Part shown: piece after piece, positions 1-9,576 of the stretch
Numbering within the stretch: position 1 is the first letter of the stretch
Layout of the letters: every line of letters starts with the position of its first letter
Assembly (NCBI GenBank): GCA_965247115.1
Contig: CBDFGR010000003.1
Span: forward strand, 1,088,001 to 1,152,000
Direction: 5' to 3'
Length of the DNA: 64,000 nt
Origin: Myxococcota bacterium
GTDB taxonomy: Bacteria; Myxococcota_A; UBA9160; SZUA-336
The notes under the pieces: model-generated
What the model was told of the DNA's origin: nothing
Seen by the model: only the letters and a program-made list of their open reading frames with translations
Database searches by the model: none
Made by a program: the position numbers and the translations under genes

Positions 1-8
1 CGGCGCCT

Positions 9-83
9 TGGTGGGCGAGGAGGGATTTGAACCCCCGACCAACGCGGTGTAAACGCGTCGCTCTACCCCTGAGCTACCCGCCC
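9..83 (-). tRNA. tRNA-Val (anticodon TAC)
   Basis: Reverse complement GGGCGGGTAGCTCAGGGGTAGAGCGACGCGTTTACACCGCGTTGGTCGGGGGTTCAAATCCCTCCTCGCCCACCA folds as a cloverleaf: anticodon stem ACGCG/CGCGT, loop TT-TAC-AC, GGTTCAAATCC T-arm, encoded CCA. Confidence 0.96.
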
Positions 84-103
84 TGGACGCCCTGTGGCGG
101 CGG

Positions 104-2560
104 CTAGTTGACGCCTGCCGGGGCTTCGACCGTGGGCTCCACCCCGAAGATCTCCTCGAGGGGGTACTCCACGATCTCGTGGAAGAGAACGCGATCCTCC
201 GCCACCAGCGCGTGCTCGAGCACCTGATCCATGTTCTCGACCAGGATGAGGTTCAAGCGGCGCTTGACCTTCGCCGAGATCTCCTTGAGATCGCGCTCGT
301 TCTCTTTGGGAATGAGAACGTGCTCCACACCGCCCCGCAGCGCCGCAATCAGCTTCTCCTTCAACCCACCGATCGGCAGGATGCGGCCACGCAGCGTGAT
401 CTCTCCAGTCATCGCGATGTCCGAACGCACTGCCAGTCCCGTCAGCGCAGAGGTGACCGCCACGGCCATCGTGATGCCCGCCGATGGACCGTCCTTCGGC
501 ACCGCCCCTTCGGGGACGTGTACGTGGATGTCCACCTTCTGGTAGAAGTCGCGCGCGAGACCCAGCTGCTTCGCGCGCCGGCGAACGTAGGAGATCGCGG
601 CCTGAGCCGACTCCTGCATGACGTCACCGAGCCGCCCGCTGATCTGAACGCGTCCCTTGCCGGACGTGACGAGCGCCTCGATCGTGAGCAGGTCTCCACC
701 GCCAAGCTCCGTGAAGGCCAGACCGGTGGCGATGCCCACCTGGTCGCTGTCCTCCTTCGTGCCGAAGCGATACTTCACGTTTCCCAGGTGCTTCCGCACC
801 TGCTTGGGGCCGATCTTCGCCTTGAACTCGGAGTCCGCGACGACCTCGCGGGCGATCTTGCGGCAGATGGAGGCGATCTCGCGCTCGAGGCTCCGGACGC
901 CGGCCTCCTTGGTGAAGTAGCGGATGATCTCGAGTATGCCCTGATCGCTGAACTCGAGCTGACCCTCGACGAGCCCGTGCTCCTTGACCTGCTTGGGGAC
1001 GAGGAACTTCCGGGCGATCTGCAGCTTCTCTTCCTCGATATACCCGGGCAGGTGGATGATCTCCATCCGGTCCTGCAGCGCAGGAGGAATGCGGCCGAGC
1101 GTGTTCGCCGTCGTGATGAACAGGACCTTCGACAGGTCTGTCTCGAGATCCAGGTAGTGATCCTCGAAGGTCTTGTTCTGCTCGGGATCCAGGACCTCGA
1201 GCAGAGCTGAGCTCGGATCGCCACGGAAGTCGGTCGACATCTTGTCGACCTCGTCCAGCAGGAAGACCGGATTCCCGGTGCCCGCCTTCTTGAGACCGTG
1301 CACGATCTTGCCGGGCAACGCGCCGATGTACGTGCGGCGATGACCCCGGATCTCCGCCTCATCGCGGACGCCTCCCAGGCTGATACGCACGAAGTCCCGT
1401 CCGGTGGCGCGTGCAATCGAGCGCCCCAGCGAAGTCTTGCCTACGCCTGGCGGCCCGACGAAGCAAATGATCGGCCCCTTCATCTCGCCGGCAAGGACGC
1501 GAACGGCGAGGTACTCGAGGATCCGCTCCTTCGGCTTCTCCAGTCCGTAGTGATCCTCGTCCAGGATCACCGCCGCCTCGGAGACGTCGGTCTTCTCGTC
1601 CTTCGTCTCGTTCCACGGCAGGGAAAGGATCCAGTCGATGTAGTTCCGGACCACTGTGGCCTCGGCCGACATCGGCGACATCATCTTGAGCTTCTTGATC
1701 TCCTTCTCGCAGCGCTCGTGGGCCTGCTCTGGGAGATCCTTGGCCTTGAGCTTCTCGTCGAGCTCGTCGACCTCGTTCTTGAACTCGTCCCGGTCGCCGA
1801 GCTCCTTCTGGATCGCCCGCATCTGCTCGTTGAGGTAGTACTCCTTCTGCGAGCGCTCCATCTGCTTCTTCACGCGGGAGCGAATGCGCGTCTCGACCTG
1901 GAGCACGTCGAGCTCGCCCTGCATCAGGGTATAGATCTCCTCCAGGCGCTCGCGCGGACTGGCGATCTCGAGAATCCGCTGCTTCTCCTCCACGTCAAGG
2001 TTCAAGTGAGCAGCGACGGTATCCGACAGGCGCGCGGCGTCCGTGATGGCGGCAACGCTCGCTACCATCTCCGGCGGAACCTTTTTGTTCAGCTTTACGT
2101 AGCTCTCGAAGGTCGAGTTCACGCTGCGCATCAGCGCCTCGGTCTCGATCGTCAGCTCCTCACTCTCGTCGACGTCCTCGACCTTGGCGAGAAGGAAGTC
2201 CTCACCGGACTCGAAGTCGAGGATCCGAACGCGGCGCTTCCCCTCGACGAGGACCTTGACCGTCCCGTCGGGCAGCCGGACCAGCTGAACGATGGCTCCC
2301 AGCGTTCCGATCTTGTTGATCTCGTCCGCTGTGGGCTCGTCCGCCTTCGCGTCCGTCTGTGCCGAGAGCAGGAGCACGCGATCGCGTTGCATGGCGTATT
2401 CGAGGGCGCGGACCGACTTCTCGCGTCCTACAAAAAGCGGCACGACCATGTGCGGAAACACCACTACCTCGCGCAGAGGGAGGAGCGGGACAGCCGTCGC
2501 TTCGGCCGTATCGTCCGACCTCTCGTCGCCCTCGTCCTCATCACCCTTGAAGAAGGCCAT
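104..2560 (-). CDS. lon: ATP-dependent protease La (Lon)
   Basis: [11 protein letters not shown]-domain, Walker [17 protein letters not shown], catalytic PKDGPSAG and IGGLKEK; follows clpX. Confidence 0.98.
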   Translation of the reverse strand: MAFFKGDEDEGDERSDDTAEATAVPLLPLREVVVFPHMVVPLFVGREKSVRALEYAMQRDRVLLLSAQTDAKADEPTADEINKIGTLGAIVQLVRLPDGTVKVLVEGKRRVRILDFESGEDFLLAKVEDVDESEELTIETEALMRSVNSTFESYVKLNKKVPPEMVASVAAITDAARLSDTVAAHLNLDVEEKQRILEIASPRERLEEIYTLMQGELDVLQVETRIRSRVKKQMERSQKEYYLNEQMRAIQKELGDRDEFKNEVDELDEKLKAKDLPEQAHERCEKEIKKLKMMSPMSAEATVVRNYIDWILSLPWNETKDEKTDVSEAAVILDEDHYGLEKPKERILEYLAVRVLAGEMKGPIICFVGPPGVGKTSLGRSIARATGRDFVRISLGGVRDEAEIRGHRRTYIGALPGKIVHGLKKAGTGNPVFLLDEVDKMSTDFRGDPSSALLEVLDPEQNKTFEDHYLDLETDLSKVLFITTANTLGRIPPALQDRMEIIHLPGYIEEEKLQIARKFLVPKQVKEHGLVEGQLEFSDQGILEIIRYFTKEAGVRSLEREIASICRKIAREVVADSEFKAKIGPKQVRKHLGNVKYRFGTKEDSDQVGIATGLAFTELGGGDLLTIEALVTSGKGRVQISGRLGDVMQESAQAAISYVRRRAKQLGLARDFYQKVDIHVHVPEGAVPKDGPSAGITMAVAVTSALTGLAVRSDIAMTGEITLRGRILPIGGLKEKLIAALRGGVEHVLIPKENERDLKEISAKVKRRLNLILVENMDQVLEHALVAEDRVLFHEIVEYPLEEIFGVEPTVEAPAGVN

Positions 2561-2571
2561 GAACGTCCCCT

Positions 2572-3810
2572 CTACGCACTCTCTGCGCGGTCGTACACTA
2601 TCATAGGCTCCATACCGTTCCGGATCACGTCCTCACCAATGACGACCTCCGAGACGTCATCCCGGGACGGGATCTCGTACATGATGTCCAGCATGGTTGC
2701 CTCGAGGATCGTGCGGAGTCCGCGGGCTCCAGACTTTCGCTTGATCGCCTCTCTCGCCACCGCTACGAGGGCAGCGTCGGTGAAGCGCAGCGCGACCCCC
2801 TCGAGCTCGAGCAGCTTCTGGTACTGCTTGACGAGCGCGTTCTTGGGTTCGGTCAAGATGCGGACGAGAGCCTCGCCGCTGAGCTCCTCGAGCGAGGCGA
2901 CCACGGGTAGGCGGCCCACAAACTCCGGAATCATGCCGTACTTCAGCAGATCTTCGGACTGGACCTTGGCAAGGGTCACGCCCACTCCGCGCGTCTTCGT
3001 CTTCAGCTGGGAGCCGAAGCCCATTCCCTGAACTCCGACGCGGCGATCGACGATCTCCTCGATCCCGTGGAACGCGCCACCGCAGATGAAGAGGATGTTC
3101 GTCGTGTCGACCTGCACGAACTCCTGCTGCGGGTGCTTGCGCCCGCCCTTCGGAGGCACGTTGGCCACAGTGCCCTCGATGAGCTTGAGCAGAGCCTGCT
3201 GAACCCCCTCGCCGGAGACGTCGCGCGTGATCGATGGGTTCTCGCTCTTGCGCGCCACCTTATCGATCTCGTCGATGTACACGATGCCGCGTTGCGCGCG
3301 CTCGACGTCGTAGTTCGCGATCTGCAGCAGGTTGAGGATGATGTTCTCGACATCCTCACCGACGTAGCCCGCCTCCGTCAGCGTTGTCGCGTCGGCGATC
3401 GTGAAGGGGACGTCGATGATGCGAGCCAGGGTCTGCGCGAGCAGCGTCTTGCCACAGCCGGTCGGTCCGAGCAGCAGCACGTTCGACTTCTGCAGGTCGA
3501 CGTCGCCCACGACCGAGTGGTTCTCGATGCGCCGGTAGTGGTTGTGAACCGCGACCGAGAGCACCTTCTTGGCCTTGTCCTGCCCGATCACGTACTGGTC
3601 GAGGATGTCCCTGATCTCCTTCGGCTTCGGGACGGACGAGGTCGCCGCCTCGGTCTCGCGGCTCGCCTCCTCGGCGATGATGTCGTTGCAGAGCTCGATG
3701 CACTCATCGCAGATGTAGACGGTCGGCCCCGCGATGAGCTTCTTGACCTCCTTCTGGCTCTTTCCGCAGAAGGAGCAGGCCAGGTTCGTCGCGTCTTCCT
3801 TCTTCCTCAC
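2572..3810 (-). CDS. clpX: ClpX ATPase subunit
   Basis: CSFCGK...ICDEC zinc finger, [21 protein letters not shown] start overlaps the clpP stop (GTGA). Confidence 0.98.
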   Translation of the reverse strand: MRKKEDATNLACSFCGKSQKEVKKLIAGPTVYICDECIELCNDIIAEEASRETEAATSSVPKPKEIRDILDQYVIGQDKAKKVLSVAVHNHYRRIENHSVVGDVDLQKSNVLLLGPTGCGKTLLAQTLARIIDVPFTIADATTLTEAGYVGEDVENIILNLLQIANYDVERAQRGIVYIDEIDKVARKSENPSITRDVSGEGVQQALLKLIEGTVANVPPKGGRKHPQQEFVQVDTTNILFICGGAFHGIEEIVDRRVGVQGMGFGSQLKTKTRGVGVTLAKVQSEDLLKYGMIPEFVGRLPVVASLEELSGEALVRILTEPKNALVKQYQKLLELEGVALRFTDAALVAVAREAIKRKSGARGLRTILEATMLDIMYEIPSRDDVSEVVIGEDVIRNGMEPMIVYDRAESA

Positions 3811-4430
3811 GACTGGGCCTCCAGGCTCTCGCTGGTCCCGGGTCGCTCATGTCTGGAGATGATGCGATCGACGATGCCGTACTCCACGGCCTCGGCGGCA
3901 GACATGAAGCGGTCTCGCTCGGTGTCCTTCTCGATCACCGCGACGTCCTGCTGGGTGTGCTCGGCCAGGATTCCCGTCATCGCCTCGCGCAGCTTGAGGA
4001 TCTCGTCCGCCTGGATCTGGATGTCGCTGGCCTGGCCCTGGGCCCCACCCCACGGCTGATGGATCATCACCCGGCAGTTCGGCAGCGCTTCGCGCTTGCC
4101 CCTTGCGCCGGCCGCGAGCAGGAGGGCTCCCATGCTCGCCGCCTGACCCATGCAGATCGTGTGCACGTCCGGGTTCACGTACTGCATGACGTCGTAAATC
4201 CCCAGGCCCGCGTTCACGTCTCCACCGGGCGAGTTCACGTAGAGGTAGATGTCCGTCTCGGGATCGTCGTGCTCCAGAAACAGGAGCTGGGCGATTACGA
4301 TGTTCGCGACGTCCTCGTTGATCGGCATCCCCAGCACGATGATGCGATCCCGGAGCAGACGCGAGTAGATGTCGTAGGCGCGCTCGCCTCGGTGCGATTG
4401 CTCGATCACGGTAGGAATGAGGAGCGACAT
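3807..4430 (-). CDS. clpP: ClpP proteolytic subunit
   Basis: [22 protein letters not shown] (Ser), MIHQP (His). Start placed at [11 protein letters not shown]; 4439 is an alternative. Confidence 0.96.
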   Translation of the reverse strand: MSLLIPTVIEQSHRGERAYDIYSRLLRDRIIVLGMPINEDVANIVIAQLLFLEHDDPETDIYLYVNSPGGDVNAGLGIYDVMQYVNPDVHTICMGQAASMGALLLAAGARGKREALPNCRVMIHQPWGGAQGQASDIQIQADEILKLREAMTGILAEHTQQDVAVIEKDTERDRFMSAAEAVEYGIVDRIISRHERPGTSESLEAQS

Positions 4431-4514
4431 GGACTTCATTCTAGCGAATCGGACCCGGGGACGGGTCCGGGCCCGTTCCACGGAAGCCGACATTTCCCCT
4501 TAGAAATCAACCTC

Positions 4515-5801
4515 TTATGCATCCGAGAGCCTAGCTTCTGAGACCAGGAATGCAACGACCTTCTCCTCCAGGAGAGCCCCCTCGAGAGCGGGGAGAACCC
4601 CCCCGTCCTTGTAGGCCTTGCGGATCTCGGTGGTGCCACGGTCCTGCTCCTTCGCGATCTCGGCCAGGCGCTCGTCGACCTCTTCCGCTGTGACCTCGAT
4701 CGCCTCGGCCTTGGCGATCTCCGGCACGAGCAGGCCGAGCTGGACGTCGCGCTCCGCGAGTGGGCGCCACTCTTCCCGCCAGCTCTCGATCAGCCCACCG
4801 AGCTGCTCGCGAGGGAGCTGGTTTCCGAGCTGGCCCAGAGCGCGTTGCAGTCTGCTCTGCAGCTGGCGCTCGACCAGGCTCGGTGGCAAGGGGAAGGTGT
4901 TCGCTTCGATGAGCGCATCGACGACCGCCTCCCGCTGCATCTGCTCCAGCTGGCGTTCGCGTCCCTCGTCCACGCGTCTTCGCACGTCGGCTCTGAGCTC
5001 CTCCAGCGTGTCGAGGTCGGACACGTCCTTTGCGAGCTCGTCATCGAGCTCGGGCAGCTCCTTGCGCTGGATGCCCAGCACCTTGACCTCAAAGCGGGCC
5101 AGCTTCCCAGCGAGCTCGTCGCGCTGGTACTCCGCTGGGAACTCCAGCTCGAAGGCGTGCTCCGCGCCGACTGCCAATCCTTGGAGCTGCTCGTCGAAAC
5201 CGGGAATGGCCTGCTCCGAGCCGACGGTGAACGTCGCGCTCTCGCTGCTTCCGCCCTCGAAGGGCTCGCCATCGATCCTGCCCACGAACGAGATGTTGGC
5301 GAGGTGACCCTCCCCCAACACGACTCCAGGCTCCTCCTCGTGGACCTGGGCCTGACTCTCGCGCAGCTCCGCGAGGTGGGCCTCGACGGGATCGGTCTCG
5401 GGCTCGGGGAGTGCGGGGCGAGCAACTTCCAGGCCCCTGTGCTTCACCAGCTCGATCGTCGGCCGGATCTCGACCGTCGCCTCATAGGCGTAGGAAGAGC
5501 CCAGCTTGGGCTGTTCGCCCGGCTCGAGCTGTGGCTCCGAGATCACGTCGAGCTCGGAGTCGGCGAGCGCCTTCATCAGCGAGTCCCGCACGAGCTTCTC
5601 GAGAACCTCGGCCCCCGCGCGGGCGCCAAAATAGCGCTCCAGCACCGAGCGGGGCGCCTTGCCGCGGCGGAACCCCGGGATCCGGGCCGAGCCTCGCAGC
5701 TCCTTGTAGACGTTGTCGAAGGCAGCATCAACGTCCACAGTCGGGATCTCGATCCGGAGCCGCCGCTCGACCGGACCTGTCTCGTCGATGTTGAGATTCA
5801 T
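4515..5801 (-). CDS. tig: Trigger factor
   Basis: IPGFRRGKAP ribosome-binding signature, FKBP-like F.G.IDG..FEGG and IPGFDEQL; canonical position upstream of clpP. Confidence 0.95.
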   Translation of the reverse strand: MNLNIDETGPVERRLRIEIPTVDVDAAFDNVYKELRGSARIPGFRRGKAPRSVLERYFGARAGAEVLEKLVRDSLMKALADSELDVISEPQLEPGEQPKLGSSYAYEATVEIRPTIELVKHRGLEVARPALPEPETDPVEAHLAELRESQAQVHEEEPGVVLGEGHLANISFVGRIDGEPFEGGSSESATFTVGSEQAIPGFDEQLQGLAVGAEHAFELEFPAEYQRDELAGKLARFEVKVLGIQRKELPELDDELAKDVSDLDTLEELRADVRRRVDEGRERQLEQMQREAVVDALIEANTFPLPPSLVERQLQSRLQRALGQLGNQLPREQLGGLIESWREEWRPLAERDVQLGLLVPEIAKAEAIEVTAEEVDERLAEIAKEQDRGTTEIRKAYKDGGVLPALEGALLEEKVVAFLVSEARLSDA

Positions 5802-5997
5802 CCGCCCTCCGGCCCAAACGGGCCAGGTTGCCCCTCTAGAGCCATGATAGAGAACGAGCCGACGGGCTCAAAGTGGTGTTCGCGCCGAAGCTAACCTTCG
5901 GCGGCGCTCGCACTTTTCGCTTCCGGTCGGACCTGTCGCTCGTTGACGTCTATTTTGGATGGCCGTCCGATCTCGAGTCTGCGGTAGGGTCGAGGCA

Positions 5998-6088
5998 CCC
6001 TGCAAGCGCCGCATGTGCGGCGCGCGCAGCGAAGGGCGAAGCCCTGAGCGGAGGTGGGTGGCCGCGGCCGCCCGCGGCCGGGTCCCAC
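5998..6088. repeat. REP-like multi-hairpin intergenic repeat, copy 1
   Basis: Near-identical to 34271-34363. Three hairpins: GCGCCGCA-TG-TGCGGCGC, AGGGC-GAA-GCCCT, GGCCGCGG-CCGC-CCGCGGCC. Confidence 0.85.
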
Positions 6089-6110
6089 AAGAACCGGTGG
6101 CCGATCCTCC

Positions 6111-7013
6111 TCAGGCGAGGAGGGCCAGGGCGAGCAGCAGGCCGTAGACCGCGTGCAGCCGCGCAGTCTCGGCGAGGCTGCGCCCGAACTGCTCCGCGCT
6201 TCGGGCCGCGCGCAGATTCCTCGCCGCTAAAATCGCGAGGGGTAGACTCGCCAGGCACAGGACGGCCCCCGCTCCCGCAGCCGTCAGGACCAGGACCCCG
6301 GTCCAGAGCACGGCGATGCCTACGAGAACGGCGTACAGGCGCAGGCTGCGCTCCGGGCCCAGGCGCACCGCCAGCGTCCGCTTGCCAGACGCCGTGTCGC
6401 TCTCGATGTCGCGCAGGTTGTTCACCAGCATGAGGCAGCTGATCAGGGCGCCCACCGGAACGGCCGCGGCGAATGCCGTGCTGGAGAGCCGACCTGTCTG
6501 CAGGTAGGCCGTGCCGGCGACGGCGACGAGCCCGAAGAAGACGAAGGCGGCCAGCTCTCCCAAGCCGAGAGCCGAGAGCGGAAACGGGCCAGCGGAGTAC
6601 GCCACAGCCGCAGCGATCGAGGCCATCCCGACGACGAGGATCGGAAGGCCCCCCAGCACCGTGAGATAGACGCCGCACAGGCTAGCCAGGCCGAACGCGC
6701 CGCCCGCGGCGGTGAGGACCGCTCGATAGGAGAGCAGACCCGCCTGCGTGACACGGGTCGGACCCATCCTGCGCTCGCTGTCGATCCCTCGCGCGAAGTC
6801 CAGCGCATCGTTCGCGAGGTTCGTGCCTGCTTGCAGCAACATCGCGGCCAGCAAACACACAAGGGTGACACTCGCTCGATGGGCGCCCTCCGCGTACCCG
6901 ACCGCACTGCCGACAAGTACCGGCACGGCCGAGCCTCCAAGGGTCCTGGGACGCACCGCCAGAACCCAGTGCCCCAATACCCGGCGGGCGGGAGCGAGGC
7001 ACCCGGAGCTCAA
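6111..7013 (-). CDS. menA: 1,4-dihydroxy-2-naphthoate polyprenyltransferase
   Basis: [34 protein letters not shown]...[10 protein letters not shown]. Probable TTG start overlapping the menB stop; start uncertain. Confidence 0.9.
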   Translation of the reverse strand: MSSGCLAPARRVLGHWVLAVRPRTLGGSAVPVLVGSAVGYAEGAHRASVTLVCLLAAMLLQAGTNLANDALDFARGIDSERRMGPTRVTQAGLLSYRAVLTAAGGAFGLASLCGVYLTVLGGLPILVVGMASIAAAVAYSAGPFPLSALGLGELAAFVFFGLVAVAGTAYLQTGRLSSTAFAAAVPVGALISCLMLVNNLRDIESDTASGKRTLAVRLGPERSLRLYAVLVGIAVLWTGVLVLTAAGAGAVLCLASLPLAILAARNLRAARSAEQFGRSLAETARLHAVYGLLLALALLA

Positions 7014-7831
7014 GGGAGCCGCGGATAGGCGGAGAAGTCGGGCCGCCGCTTCTCCATGAACGCGTCGCGACCCTCCTTTGCCTCGTCGCACATGTAGTAG
7101 AGGAGTGTCGCGTCCCCGGCGAGCACCTGCAGGCCCGCCTGGCCATCGCAGTCCGCGTTGAGGGCCGACTTTAGCAGCCGGATCGCGAGCGGGCTGTTCG
7201 CCAGGATCTCGCGGGACCACGCCACGGTTTCGCTCTCGAGCTGATCGAGGGGTACCACGGCGTTGACCAGCCCCATGTCGAGAGCCTCCTGCGCGCCGTA
7301 CTGGCGGCACAGAAACCAGATCTCCCGGGCCTTCTTCTGACCCACGATCCGCGCCATGTAGGAAGCGCCCCAACCGCCGTCGAAGCTGCCGACACGCGGC
7401 CCCGTCTGACCGAAGCGCGCGTTGGTCGCAGCGATGGTCAGGTCGCAGAGCATGTGCAGAACGTGACCTCCGCCAATCGCGTAGCCCGCAACCATCGCGA
7501 TGACAGGCTTGGGCAGAGCGCGGATCTCGCGCTGAAGGTCCAGCACGTTCAGCCGCGGCACGCCTCCCGAGTCTACGTACCCGCCGTGGCCGCGGATGCT
7601 CTGATCTCCACCAGAGCAGAAGGCCAGATCACCCTCCCCGGTCAGGATCACCACGCCAACCTCGGCGTCCTCTCTCGCGTCCTGAAAAGCCTGGCGCAGC
7701 TCGAAGACGGTCTCCGGGCGAAAGGCGTTTCTCACCTCGGGTCGGTTGATCGTAACCTTGGCTATGCCGTCGCCCGACTTCTCGTAGCGGATATCATCGA
7801 AGTGACCTGACCCCTTCCATTCGACCATCAT
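7010..7831 (-). CDS. menB: 1,4-dihydroxy-2-naphthoyl-CoA synthase
   Basis: [41 protein letters not shown] before the ATG at 7831. Confidence 0.96.
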   Translation of the reverse strand: MMVEWKGSGHFDDIRYEKSGDGIAKVTINRPEVRNAFRPETVFELRQAFQDAREDAEVGVVILTGEGDLAFCSGGDQSIRGHGGYVDSGGVPRLNVLDLQREIRALPKPVIAMVAGYAIGGGHVLHMLCDLTIAATNARFGQTGPRVGSFDGGWGASYMARIVGQKKAREIWFLCRQYGAQEALDMGLVNAVVPLDQLESETVAWSREILANSPLAIRLLKSALNADCDGQAGLQVLAGDATLLYYMCDEAKEGRDAFMEKRRPDFSAYPRLP

Positions 7832-7851
7832 CGTCGCTCTCCTTCTGTGGT

Positions 7852-8544
7852 TCAGACTCGCTCTGCCGACAGGAGCTGGATCGCCCCGAGCATGCGGCTC
7901 GTCTTGCCGACTCGGGTGAAGCCCGCACGCTCCAGGTGCGAGATCAGCTGCTGCTCCGAAGGCAGGTAGTGCATCGACGCCGGCAGGTAGCGGTATGCAG
8001 GTCCGTCGGAGAGCCAGGCTCCGATGCGGGGCACGATGCGCCGCAGGTGGAGCTCGTGGCCCCAGCGGAGCAAACCAGGGGGAGGCTGATCGAACTCGAC
8101 GAAGCCCACCCGCCCGGCCCTGACCAGTACCCGCGCGCACTCGCGAAAGACCGCGTCCAGGTTCTGGAAATTGCGCAATGCAAAGCCGCAGGTCACCACG
8201 TCGGCACAGGCATCCGGAAGGGGGAGCAGCGCAGCATCCGCCTGAACCCGCCACGCCCCTTCACCCCGCGGGCGCGCGGCACGCAGCATTCCGAGCGCGA
8301 AATCCACCGCGACTACCCTCGCCCCCCTGGCGCGGGCGAGCTCCGCCAGGTCTCCTGTTCCGCTGGCCACGTCGACGACGAGAGAGCCCGGCCCGATCCC
8401 CGACGCTTCGACGACCTCGGACCGCCAGCTCCGATCCATGCCAAGAGACATGAGGCGATTCAAGAGATCGTAGCGCGGCGCGATGCGGTCGAACATGGCA
8501 CGCACGAACCCGGGTTTCTCTTCTGCCGGGGGAAGCTCGGTCAC
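7852..8544 (-). CDS. menG: Demethylmenaquinone methyltransferase (UbiE/MenG family)
   Basis: [41 protein letters not shown]; adjacent to menB and menA. Confidence 0.85.
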   Translation of the reverse strand: MTELPPAEEKPGFVRAMFDRIAPRYDLLNRLMSLGMDRSWRSEVVEASGIGPGSLVVDVASGTGDLAELARARGARVVAVDFALGMLRAARPRGEGAWRVQADAALLPLPDACADVVTCGFALRNFQNLDAVFRECARVLVRAGRVGFVEFDQPPPGLLRWGHELHLRRIVPRIGAWLSDGPAYRYLPASMHYLPSEQQLISHLERAGFTRVGKTSRMLGAIQLLSAERV

Positions 8545-8652
8545 GGGTTCAGTCGGCGTAGCAGGTCTCCTCTTCGCTCAGGGCCAGCATACACGCCGCC
8601 TCCGGTATGATGAGAGTCTCGGGCCACGCGCCGCCCGCAGTGGAGGAGGAAC

Positions 8653-9567
8653 ATGGCAGAGGACTACACGTCGCTCATGGCAGAGGCCGCGGCAGCGGCA
8701 GGACTCGAGCCACCTGCCATCGTCGCGCCGAAGGATCACTACGTCGAGCTCAACGCACTCCGCTTTCACTACCTGGACTGGGGAAATGAGCACCTGCCGC
8801 ACGTTGTGCTGCTGCACGGGGGGTCCCTCACCGCCCACACATGGGACATGGCCGCGCTACTCCTGCGCGATCGCTACCATTTGGTCGCCCTCGATCAACG
8901 CGGGCATGGCGACACAAGCTGGACGTCGGCGCAGCGGCTCGGCGAAAACGGCTCGGATCTCATGTTGGAGGACACGCGCCAGTTCATCGAGCAGCTCGGC
9001 TACGAGCGGCTCTCCCTGGTCGGAATGTCCATGGGAGGGATGAACACGATCCGCTATGCAGCGCGCTATCCCGGGCAACTTGCGGCCGTGGGCATCGTAG
9101 ACGTTGGCCCCGAGACGATGCGCGCCGGGCAGATCGAGATGGAGCAGTTTCGCCACGCCACAGAGACGCTGGAGCGCTTTGACGACTTCCTGGATCGGGC
9201 CATCAAGTTCATGCCGCACCGTCCCCCGTCCCACCTTCGCTACAGCCTGACGCACAGTCTCAAGCAGACTGCGGATGGTCGCTACACCTGGAAGCAGGAT
9301 CGCCGGCCGCGCCCCTCCGGGGTCACGGACGATGCGGCGGCCCGTACCGATGCGCTGTGGGACGACGTGCGAGCGATCCAGCAGCCGACCCTCTTGTTTC
9401 GCGGTGCGGAGAGCAAGATTCTCGCGCAAGACGCGGCGGAGCGAATGGTGAAGGCCATGCACTCCGCACGCCTCGTTGTGATCCCGCGAGCCACGCACAA
9501 CGTACACAGCGACAACCCTGCCGATTTCTCGCGCGAGCTGGACCGTTTCCTCAGCGACGTCCTGTAG
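8653..9567 (+). CDS. Alpha/beta-fold hydrolase
   Basis: LLHGG, DQRGHGD, GMSMGG nucleophile elbow, C-terminal His; GGAGG RBS. Confidence 0.9.
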   Translation: MAEDYTSLMAEAAAAAGLEPPAIVAPKDHYVELNALRFHYLDWGNEHLPHVVLLHGGSLTAHTWDMAALLLRDRYHLVALDQRGHGDTSWTSAQRLGENGSDLMLEDTRQFIEQLGYERLSLVGMSMGGMNTIRYAARYPGQLAAVGIVDVGPETMRAGQIEMEQFRHATETLERFDDFLDRAIKFMPHRPPSHLRYSLTHSLKQTADGRYTWKQDRRPRPSGVTDDAAARTDALWDDVRAIQQPTLLFRGAESKILAQDAAERMVKAMHSARLVVIPRATHNVHSDNPADFSRELDRFLSDVL

Positions 9568-9576
9568 GGAATCGCT

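Noticed and set aside
9..83. tRNA-Val as an island attachment site
   Set aside because: No duplicate of its 3' end or integrase seen in the window; its 3' side points out of the window.
179..5894. Long plus-strand ORFs opposite lon/clpX/clpP/tig (e.g. 1298-3031, 3067-4059, 4845-5894), and similar antisense ORFs across the window
   Set aside because: Shadow ORFs expected from high-GC codon bias; no motifs, and they overlap confident genes.
5802..5997. tRNA upstream of tig; hairpin CGCCGAAG/CTTCGGCG at 5883-5903
   Set aside because: No cloverleaf or T-loop; the hairpin has no adjacent U-tract, so it is not called a terminator.
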